A DNA stretch of 64,000 nt from Bugula neritina (lineage: Eukaryota > Animalia > Bryozoa): the NCBI GenBank assembly GCA_964035545.1, contig OZ037772.1, positions 3,749,538 to 3,813,537 of the forward strand, written 5' to 3'. The notes beneath the pieces were generated by a model. That model ran no database searches. It saw only the letters and a list, made by a program, of their open reading frames with translations, and was not told where the DNA came from. The position numbers were made by a program, and so were the translations under genes. Positions 53,439 to 64,000 of the stretch are shown in pieces (the first letter of the stretch is position 1; every line of letters starts with the position of its first letter).

Positions 53439-53657
53439 AGGGCCACACCCACTCCCGAAAGGGCCACACCCACTCCAGAAAGGGCAACACCCACTCAAGA
53501 AAGGGCCACACCTACTCAAGAAAAGGCCACACCCACTCCAGAAAGGGCCACACCCACTCCAGAAAGGGCCACACTTACTCCAGAAAGGGTCACACCCACT
53601 CCAGAAAGGGCCACACCCACTTCAGAAAGGGCCACACCCACTTCAGAAATGGCCACA
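53439..53657. repeat. 21-bp minisatellite (aagggccacacccactccaga), ~10 copies
   Basis: Visible tandem units; explains the KGHTHSR ORF. Confidence 0.93.
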
Positions 53658-53942
53658 TTAGAGGGAATTCATAGTTTATCAACATAAACATAGTCTGTGC
53701 TAAATATTAGGTCTGTGCTAAACCCACTTGCTTTCTGTAAATAACACAAGACAAAATGAAGAATGACTCATACCTCAGCCTTAGGTTGCCCCTGGATCTG
53801 CACAAAGTAGGCCGGTATTCTGTGCCCCCACCATAGCTGTCTGGAGATACACCAGTCCCTGGAGTTCCTCAGCCATTTGTACCAAGTGACTGTGTGATAG
53901 TCTGGTATGATCTTTAGCTTGCCTGATTCTACTACCTGCAGT

Positions 53943-54512
53943 ATACATACTATACTATAGATATACTATACTATATATATATACTATGCTATAGATATAC
54001 TATGCTATAGATATACTATACTATAGATATACTATACTATAGATATACTATGCTATAGATATACTATGCTATAGATATACTATACTATAGATATACTATA
54101 CAGTACTAATATATATACTACACAGTACCAATATATTATACTATACAGTACTAATATATTATATACTATACACAGTACTAATATATTATATACTATACAG
54201 TACTAATATATTATATACTATACACAGTACTAATATATTATATACTATACAGTACTAATATATATACTACACAGTACATTATATTATACTATACAGTACT
54301 AATATATTATATACTATACACAGTACTAATATATTATATACTATACAGTACTAATATATATACTACACAGTACTAATATATATACTATACAGTACTAATA
54401 TATATACTATACACAGTACTAATATATATACTATACAGTACTAACATATTATATACTATACAGTACTAACATATATACTATACACAGTACTAATATATTA
54501 TATACTATACAT
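53943..54512. repeat. Compound AT-rich tandem repeat (tactatagatatac then cagtactaatatattatatactata types)
   Basis: Fills almost the whole intron between two ValRS exons. Confidence 0.9.
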
Positions 54513-56179
54513 AATATATAATACAAGTACCTCTACAGCCTTGGCTGCCATATCGTCACATGCCACATATCACTGTGGTTTGGGTATCGGCTCAATGATA
54601 TCTTTAGATCGACTATAACACAAGAGAACACGTTGTGGAGGTCATTGTTAAAAGACAGACTCACCTAGTAACAGTTCAACTCAACAGCATTGTAAAATAT
54701 AGTGGATATGTTAATGGAGCTATTCTTTAGGAGAACAAGAGAGGACAACTTCTATTACATCGAGATCTGCAGCTGTGAGTCATTTTACTTAATTTAATAC
54801 ACAAAGCTATATACCTCTAGCTTTTAGCTATTGTTCACAGTTGAGCTGCTAATTCAACATTTTAATGTAAGAAACTATACACAATAGCAGCTAAACTGTG
54901 AAAATAGCTAAGAACCAGATATATGGTGTGTACTAAACTAAGTAAAATGACTCACAAGTAAACATGACTAGAAAAAGTTCAGGATCTAACTGGACGTGTA
55001 TGAAGAAAATGTAGAAATCTATCAAGTTGGGATAAGATTGTAGAGAGAAGACGACTCACCTACATACAGGAACTAGCATAGGGTTGTCTTCCTTTCCTTT
55101 GTATGGCCTCAAGTCTTCCAGCCTTTTATGAACACCTGCACATAAAACTTACACAGAGTATAAATTGCTAATAGGCTCACACCTGTCACCTGCTTACAAA
55201 TGTCACCTGCTCACACCTGTCACCTGTACACACCTGTCACCTGTACACAAATGGTATTAAACCACTAAAACCTATGTAGATCAATATTTTCTTGCTATTA
55301 AGTTGACTAATTGTGAAACAGCCAAAATAGGAAAATAAGACCTTGTAGTGCAGTGAGCAAGGCAAGTTCAAGCCATACAACTTTAGCATGTTGCAGAAGA
55401 AAGACTTGCTTCATTTTGGTAAATAACTATAAGTAATATTGGGAGTTACGCCACTTATGAGTAACAACATGGAGTTGTGTTTCTTTTCATAAACGCAAAA
55501 AGGTAAAAGTTACTTGTTCCTTCGAGGTAGCATATATAATGCAAGAAAGAACCATCTCAACTTAGAAATATGTCACACAATTAGGAGTTATGCCACCTCC
55601 TTGTCAGAAACACGGAATACTAGATTCACACACCTTTTCATTTCCACAAACTCGCCGGAGTCTCCACATCGTCAATGATTGTGAGGAAGGGGAGTTTGTG
55701 TCAGAGGCCAACGTCGTAATCCTTGGGATCATGTGAGGGGGTTATCTTCACCGCCCCTATCAACAATTAGATGGGAAATGAGAAGCTCTGAGGCTATGAA
55801 TATTACAAACAGTACTCGTTGCTATATGAATAGACTCCAATTTAGTTCTCCCTCCGTATCTCAGTAAGCTGAGGGACCTGAAACCTTAATTCATGACACA
55901 GTAGAATTCTTACTATAGTAGAATACCATATTTAACACACGGATCTGTTAATTTAAACTAATTTGTCCCAATACACATAACATAAGCCACAAAACAAAGG
56001 ACCAAGCCATTCTCATGACCTGTGGTATTTCATGAGAACTAGAAACATAAGATATAGTGGAAGCACTGCCCCAAACAAAACAAATCAAATGAAATGATAG
56101 TTTAGTGATGGAAATAATTAGTTAATAGTCTTTGAAAATAGTTGGGCCAGTCAACTTCTGAAATTACCACGTAAGAAAC

Positions 56180-58324
56180 ACAACAGGCTATGAATATACA
56201 GGACAACAGGCTATGAATATACAGGACAACAGGCTATGAATATACAGGACAACGGGCTATGAATATACAGGACAACAGGCTATGAATATACAGGACAACA
56301 GGCTATGAATATACAGGACAACAGGCTATGAATATACAGGACAACAGGCTATGAATATACAGGACAACAGGCTATGAATATACAGGACAACAGGCTATGA
56401 ATATACAGGACAACAGGCTATGAATATACAGGACAACAGGCTATGAATATACAGGACAACAGGCTATGAATATACAGGACAACAGGCTATGAATATACAG
56501 GACAACAGGCTATGAATATACAAGACAACAGGCTATGAATATACAGGACAACAGGCTATGAATATACGGGACAACAGGCTATGAATATACAGGACAACAG
56601 GCTATGAATATACAGGACAACAGGCTATGAATATACAGGACAACAGGCTATGAATATACAGGACAACAGGCTATGAATATACAGGACAACAGGCTATGAA
56701 TATACAGGACAACAGGCTATGAATATACAGGACAACAGGCTATGAATATACAGGACAACAGGCTATGAATATATAGGACAACAGGCTATGAATATACAGG
56801 ACAACAGGCTATGAATATACAGGACAACAGGCTATGAATATACAGGACAACAGGCTATGAATATACAAGACAACAGGCTATGAATATACAGGACAACAGG
56901 CTATGAATATACAGGACAACAGGCTATGAATATACAGGACAACAGGCTATGAATATACAGGACAACAGGCTATGAATATACAGGACAACAGGCTATGAAT
57001 ATACAGGACAACAGGCTATGAATATACAGGACAACAGGCTATGAATATACAGGACAACAGGCTATGAATATACAGGACAACAGGCTATGAATATACAGGA
57101 CAACAGGCTATGAATATACAGGACAACAGGCTATGAATATACAGGACAACAGGCTATGAATATACAGGACAACAGGCTATGAATATACAGGACAACAGGC
57201 TATGAATATACAGGACAACAGGCTATGAATATACAGGACAACAGGCTATGAATATACAGGACAACAGGCTATGAATATATAGGACAACAGGCTATGAATA
57301 TACAGGACAACAGGCTATGAATATACAGGACAACAGGCTATGAATATACAGGACAACAGGCTATGAATATACAGGACAACAGGCTATGAATATACAGGAC
57401 AACAGGCTATGAATATACAGGACAACAGGCTATGGATATACAGGACAACAGGCTATGAATATACAGGACAACAGGCTATGAATATACAGGACAACAGACT
57501 ATGAATATACAGGACAACAGGCTATGAATATACAGGACAACAGGCTATGAATGTACAGGAAACAGGCTATGAATATAGAGGACAACAAGCTATGAATATA
57601 CAGGACAACAGGCTATGAATATACAGGACAACAGGCTATGAATATACAGGACAACAGGCTATGAATATACAGGACAACAGGCTATGAATATACAGGACAA
57701 CAGGCTATGAATATACAAGACAACAGGCTATGAATATACAGGACAACAGGCTATGAATATACAGGACAACAGGCTATGAATATACAGGACAACGGGCTAT
57801 GAATATACAGGACAACAGGCTATGAATATACAGGACAACAAGCTATGAATATACAGGACAACAGGCTATGAATATACAGGACAACAGGCTATGAATATAC
57901 AGGACAACAGGCTATGAATATACAGGACAACAGGCTATGAATATACAGGACAACAGGCTATGAATATACAGGACAACAGGCTATGAATATACAGGATAAC
58001 AGGCTATGAATATATAGGACAACAGGCTATGAATATACAGGACAACAGGCTATGAATATACAGGACAACAGGCTATGAATATACAGGACTACAAGCTATG
58101 AATATACAGGACAACAGGCTATGAATATACAAGACAACAGGCTATGAATATACAGGACAACAGGCTATGAATATACAGGACAACAGGCTATGAATATACA
58201 GGACAACAGACTATGAATATACAAGACAACAGGCTATGAATATACAGGATAACAGGCTATGAATATACAGGACAACAGACTATGAATATACAAGACAACA
58301 GGCTATGAATATACAGGACAACAG
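56180..58324. repeat. 23-bp minisatellite (acaacaggctatgaatatacagg), ~93 near-identical copies
   Basis: Head-to-tail units with rare point variants and no spacers. Confidence 0.98.
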
Positions 58325-61300
58325 AGAACTCACAAAACCAAGATGGAGGACCTTATGATTAGTGTTTTACTTTAAGGACTTTATGCAGAGTTGTTGCCCC
58401 CTGATCAGGAAACGGCGGTAGGTGGAGGTAGGTGCAGTAATGGAAAAATTGAGGAAAACATGTGTTCTAGATTAGAAATATAGCACAAGAAGTTATTTTC
58501 TTGAAACTTCAACCCGCACCTTAAACCAAAATGCAATAATAAAATTAAAGAACTTAGGCTATCTCAAGTTCTCCACTACTGCTCCTAAGTGAGAAAGTGA
58601 GAATAGTTGAGAATAGGGAGTTGAGAGAATACTGGAGTTATTTCAACTGGCAGCAAGAGTCAGCCATTATTACGTTGATAAGCAACAAAGCTATTAGTGA
58701 CATTGATGTCTGCTAACCCAACATAGTTTCTAATCTAGTTGTGGCCACAATGATCTCTTCGTCAGAGTCTTCTACTTTATATGCAAAGGAAAGGAGAACT
58801 CCGAACTCCACCTTCTCCTTGTAGCCCGGCACAGAGAGCATAGTCCTTCCTGTCAACTCTACTTTGTCTACCTGCAATCAGTGATACAACTCTCTCAGAC
58901 TATACAGGTCAAAGGTTAAACTGTAGTGTGTGCTTCTGAGTCACTGCGTTCTCATTCTTTTCTATTAGTTCACATTGTGTGAAAGGAAAGGAAGCTCTTA
59001 CGTATGAATTTGTGGTTGTGGTCTCATTGTTACCAAACATTGCATGAGAAATCCATTCGCATAATGCAAAAGCTTAGAAACATTATGATGGATTTTTCAT
59101 TGGATGTTCGGGAGGAGGTCAATCGAACTAAACCGCAACCACAGATCCGTTCGTATTCATTCTAAGATATCAGAGATGGCAGAGTTGAGAGTACAGGACC
59201 AGTTGACCAGTCGGTTAGCTCTGTAGATCACACCTTTCTCGTGCATTCTGATAAACGCTTCGTTCACTGCTTTCACAGATTTCTAATAAACAAGTATATA
59301 TGAGTCACGTGTAAAGTGTAAACTGATTGGAAACAAGGCTTCATGATTAACCAATCATAGAGAGGATAACACACTGAGTCAGTAAATAGCCGACACGGCA
59401 TATAGACTCCACTACTCAAACATAATATATGTATAGAGAGGATAACTCCTCACCTCATCCATAGTGAACGTAGCTCTGTCCCAGTCATAAGACCCGCCCA
59501 CTTTCCTCAACTGATGGTAGATTCTGTCTCCTTTTCCATAGAAATTATATAATAATACTGACCAATCGTTGTGCTGCAAAACTTAGTTATATTAGCAATT
59601 TAAATAATGAGACCAATGATAGAGTGTGATGAAGTAAACCTATATTTAACTTTTTGTATATTCAATTATATATATTAATTTTATCAAATTATCATATATA
59701 TTATATATTATCTTATATCAAACTGTAGCAACTGCACACCAATAAGATAAAATAAAACTCAAACCCAAATACTAAGTCGCTATGAAATGCATTTTCAAGA
59801 TAAAATATTCCCTTACTGGTTCTTCCAGTCCCACACTCGTCTCACAAACTCATCTCGTCCCAAATCGTGTCGAGTTTTATTCTCTTCTCTAGCGAGTTTT
59901 TTCTCGACGACAACTTGAGTGGCTATTCCTGCGTGGTCACATCCGGGTACAAACAGTGTCACCTTCCCATTCATCCGGTGCCTGACAATACAACAGAACT
60001 GACACCTGCAGACACTTGATAATGCAAACATATCAGACACCTGCAGATATTCCGGAAAGGTGCTGAGAGAAATATCTGTGGTTGAAACAACATCAATATA
60101 ATAGATGAATGACTTATGCCAACCGGTACTTAACACAAATTTTATCAGCATTCAAAAAAGAATCAACAGGGGGAAGTTCATAGCCTGTCTGTGGAATATC
60201 TCAAAGTGAGTTGGCAAGATGCCGAAATGTCATGTAGTCACCACCAGAGGAATGGTGTCTACTGTTACATGCTATAAGCTACATACACCACCAGTTTAGT
60301 GACTAGGTAAGTACGGAGTTGTCTCATCTATATGAATGAACATCTCACCACCGAACTATCGCATCCTCAACCGCTCCCGTGAGGGCGTGTCCTAGGTGAA
60401 GAGCCCCGGTCACATTAGGGGGAGGGATCATGATGATAAACTTCTCTTCAGGTGTGAGTTTCAGCACATCTCTACCTGTTACAAAGCAACCAATCACATC
60501 TCTCTCGGTTACAAAGTAAAAAGCAACCAATCACAGTACCTGTTACAACAGAGTAACAAATCACACCTCTACGTGTTAGAAGTAACCAATCACACATTAT
60601 AGACTTTACTATGATGAGAAGTGTACCTTTGAGATTATACTCAGGTTTGAAGAATCCTTCCTTCTCCCACCAAGAGTACCAGGCAGCTTCCACATAGGAC
60701 GGGGAGTAAGAATCAGGCATGGGACACGTCGTGTCTAGAATAACAGAAAACTATAAAGTATAGGGGAGCAGCTGTGGTCTAGGGGTTAGAGGGTTTGTCT
60801 AGTGAACACCAAGCCATTGTTTGACAAAGGCCACTGGTGATGTTAAGAAGAGCATCCAGTCATAATTGCTCCTCTGCCACATCTAAATAAGTCCTTAGCC
60901 TGTTTTAACAAAAATCCCTTTCCACCAGGAGTCTCTCCCAAGGATGGTGACTATACACTGATATCTAGATATACTAAGTTGAGACTTGTCTTCTACTGGT
61001 CCATACAGTTCAAATGTGATAAACACATGTATAAATACAATAATCTATTCATAGCCCATAGTCTAACCACCAACAAGGACGAATAAATAAGACGGTGGCC
61101 TGACACTACTACTACAACAACTTATATAACTTATACACAGCAGATTGTTAGGAGTATTTGAATCTGAGGCTATCCAATGTATGAGTAGGGCAGCCCTAAA
61201 TGTAGGATATTGGAATACCATGTCTTATTACTTCAGTCTAAAGCAGTGTTATACCTTCACGATTTTCAGTCAGAAATTCAATTTTGCCGAGTCGCATTTC

Positions 61301-63284
61301 ATTCTAAAAGCCAATCATCAAAATTTTTGTTTTGTACATGCTTAATCAAATAATTTTAGAGTAACAATCAAAGGGAATGATAACTCTTTTAGATATGGGG
61401 TATTCATGTTTATAATTACATCGGCTGTCTTTTTCAATTATCACTTTTATGCTGTCAACTTAATTTATTACGTTTTCAAAGGGCATCAAATAGTGATTAA
61501 GCGAGTTATATTTGAGTATTACAGAGTGAGCTTCCTTATTAATATGATTTCAACAATTTTAAGTAAGACTGCTTACACACATAACTGTGTGTTCACTACC
61601 GAGCAGTGTACACTGATAAATCAGTGCTTCAACTGAAACTTGTAAGTAAAGGAATGAAGAGCTCAATTGAGTATAAAATGTAGAGAATAATTGAACTGAA
61701 CCTTTCTTATGGCCAACTGGTGTGTCCACGACATACGTTACTACTGCCTTCTCCTTTTTCTCTTTCACTTTTTTCTAGAAAAAAAAAATCAAATTTGAAG
61801 AAAATAAAATGGAAATTGTTAGCTACAGATACAGACAACTTCCAGGTAAAAGTACAGCCATACAGTCGCAATACGAATATGTAATTCAAGTAACACTTTC
61901 ATGTAGAAGTACAACCATAAATATGAATAGAAAGTAACACAAATATATACATTTAGGAGCAGTAGTGTAGAAATCGAGATAGCCTAGGTTCGTTAATCTT
62001 ATTATCAAACTTCGGTTTGGGGTTTGGGTTGAAATTCTTACAAAAACACAACTTCTTATGCTACATTTCTAATCTAGAACACAGGCTTTCTCAATTTCTC
62101 CATTACTGCACCTACCTTAGTATATATAGAACCTGTAACTAACTAAACAGACACCTCAGTAGTCGTGGCAGACTCTGCCTTCTGTTTAGCCTGCTTAGCT
62201 TGAAACTTGGCTAGTTTAGCAGCTTTAGCAGCTTCTTTCTTCAACTCTTTCTCAGATTTCACCTTGACCTCGCCAGTTGGCGCATCACCAGAGTTCACTT
62301 ACGACATGTCCGTTTATTGTGAGACTTTCCTTAAAACACAATCAGCCGGCATGGAACTAATAGATATCTCAATACTAAACATACAAACTACTGACCCAGT
62401 ATAGTTATAGACAGATATCTTAATACTAATAATATAAACTAATGGCTCAGTATTGCGTTAGTTATGCGTGGGGGTTCAGTGATAACACGCCTATAAACCA
62501 CACAGTTCAATAATGAAAGACTGTGACTTTTCACGAACAGACATCTCATCTCTGATTCTAATGAAAAATCACGAAATTTTCAGACAAACGATACTGCATT
62601 TCAACTTTGTGACTATCACATGATAATAATCATTGTCATTTGAAAGATTCTGCTAAAATCGAAATGCCAATGTTAATCACAAGGTCAACCATAAATGACT
62701 CAGTCTGATGACTGACGGTTATGCTTAATGATTAATTAGTAATATGAATAGATTGCAAGTGATCAGCATGATGATGGTGATTATTGCTTTTCACCATCAA
62801 AGGTCAAACTTTGTAATTGCAGCTTGAAATGTAAAATTAAAATATTACTTTTATTTAATTAAAAGAGTATAACTTACTATCATAACAACATTCAACTTTA
62901 TGTAGTCATTATGAACATGATAATGGTTTACCTTTTACTTTAGATGATAATTATACTATTCACGATTATCATTATGTCTACCATTATGATTATCTCAACT
63001 TTAACTTATCAATTACGATAATTAACCATTTATTTTCAATGATTAAAACTTAAATCATTGAATGAACACTAAAAGTAATTTAAATTCACACTTTTATTAT
63101 CATAACTATGAAATTAATATTAATAGGCATATTTGATTTTTAGATTACAATAATAATTATCAAATCATGGTATAGAATTAAATATTATAGTTAATATTAT
63201 TATAAATATAATTAATATAATTGTAATTATTGAAACTAAAATAGTAAGTTAAACTAAATGAATTATCGACATGAGTGTGAGTAT

Positions 63285-63672
63285 GAGTAGGCCACAACTA
63301 GAAGGTGCAGCAGCAATTTGAGATCCCCGTTTGCAAAACCTCATCAAAGATATAGAACAGGTGCAAAATAATTCAATCAGATTCATTGCTAAATTGAAAG
63401 GCAGAGACAGTATCACTGTGGCACGTGACAAACTAAACCTAGAATCTGTCCCCGACAGACGCTTCAAGCTGAGGCACAAGTTACTGTTGCGACTTCTATC
63501 TAATGAGGGAAATCAGGCATCTCTAACCAACTCCTATGAACTGATGAACAGTAAAACCTAAAATACTAGGTTTACTAAGGCATCAAGCAGGGACGATCCT
63601 CCAACCATTTTTGCAAAATCAGCAGCCTACTACAGCAGCTTCTTTCCAAAAACAGCCCGAGAGCTTAAGTCT
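63285..63672 (+). mobile_element. 5'-truncated LINE (CR1/L2-group-like) ORF2 C-terminal fragment
   Basis: RPQLEGAAAI*DPRLQNLIKDIEQVQNNSIRFI...SITVARDKLNLESVPDRRFKLRHKLL...YYSSFFPKTAREL matches the RPxLEY..WDP..IExVQ..RF..LxxRR..SFFPxT pattern at the end of LINE ORF2; contains stops. Confidence 0.75.
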
Positions 63673-64000
63673 ATGCTAAATAATTAGTCAATGCACCAGA
63701 GTTGTATATGTGCAACATACTGAAAATACTTGCTAGCCTGTAATCGGCAACTGTAGAGGTGTGCCTCTTGCTACATGCTCTAATGCGTGTAAGAGGTAAG
63801 AGGACTATCAATATGACTATCAATATTAGTAGGAGTACCCAAGTACCAGTAGACATAGTAGCTGTAGAAAGTCTATCCCAATCAGTAACTGTAAGCCGTG
63901 AGGGCTGAGAGTATAACTAGGAATATAAAAAACTATAACTTGAGTATAACTAATTGAAGGTGAGTTAACATAAATTAAAAAATAATAAATATAATTACTA

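Larger units (their letters stand above)
52896..62307 (-). pseudogene. VARS: Valyl-tRNA synthetase (cytosolic-type) pseudogene, 5' half only
   Basis: Exons 62155-62307, 61702-61774, 60627-60734 ([23 protein letters not shown]), 60349-60475 ([15 protein letters not shown]), 59817-59981 ([16 protein letters not shown]), 59454-59535, ~59167-59282 ([16 protein letters not shown]), 58718-58871 ([11 protein letters not shown]), 55634-55757 (GAVKITPSHD), 55060-55135, ~54530-54613, 53774-53935 ([17 protein letters not shown]), 52896-52949. Lesions: TAA at codon 3 (62299-62301), GG instead of AG acceptor (59536-59537), lost donor after AISDI, TGA at 55701-55703 plus frameshift, PQW to PQ* (54570-54572), one exon missing, no KMSKS half. 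Confidence 0.93.

Noticed and set aside
53354-53674. ORF with KGHTHSR repeats
   Set aside because: 21-bp minisatellite antisense within a ValRS pseudogene intron; no splice or promoter support.
56180-58324. CRISPR-like regular repeat
   Set aside because: Units are head-to-tail with no unique spacers, there are no cas genes, and the context is a eukaryotic intron.
2293-62307. Alternative genetic code or selenocysteine/readthrough explaining the in-frame TGAs
   Set aside because: TAA and TAG stops, frameshifts, broken splice sites and missing exons co-occur, so ordinary pseudogene decay is sufficient.

Overview
AT-rich, intron-containing animal (invertebrate-like) genomic DNA; the species cannot be determined from the sequence. 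The centre of the window is a ~19-20 kb direct tandem duplication (~11.05-30.03 kb and ~30.77-50.52 kb). Each unit carries the 3' part of a dead fibrillar-collagen gene, a 17-bp minisatellite, several non-autonomous DNA transposons and a TRIM gene with 7 coding exons (RING, B-box, B-box, coiled coil, NHL-like beta-propeller). TRIM copy 1 (22101-29408, 620 aa when spliced) is the only gene I can splice without a lesion. Copy 2 (42341-49899) has one premature TAG. The two copies are nearly identical except for dense, often multi-nucleotide replacement changes in the propeller loops, the pattern expected of a diversifying recognition surface; this is the best candidate for an undescribed system here. 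The flanks are disabled partial copies of housekeeping genes: a motor-less KIF14-like pseudogene on the left (minus strand) and a valyl-tRNA synthetase pseudogene on the right (minus strand) that breaks off at an (AGT)n tract. A THAP-domain transposon relic separates the KIF14 and collagen fragments. Penelope-like and LINE fragments, MITEs and several minisatellites are also present. All exon structures, translations and counts were read by eye and need computational confirmation.
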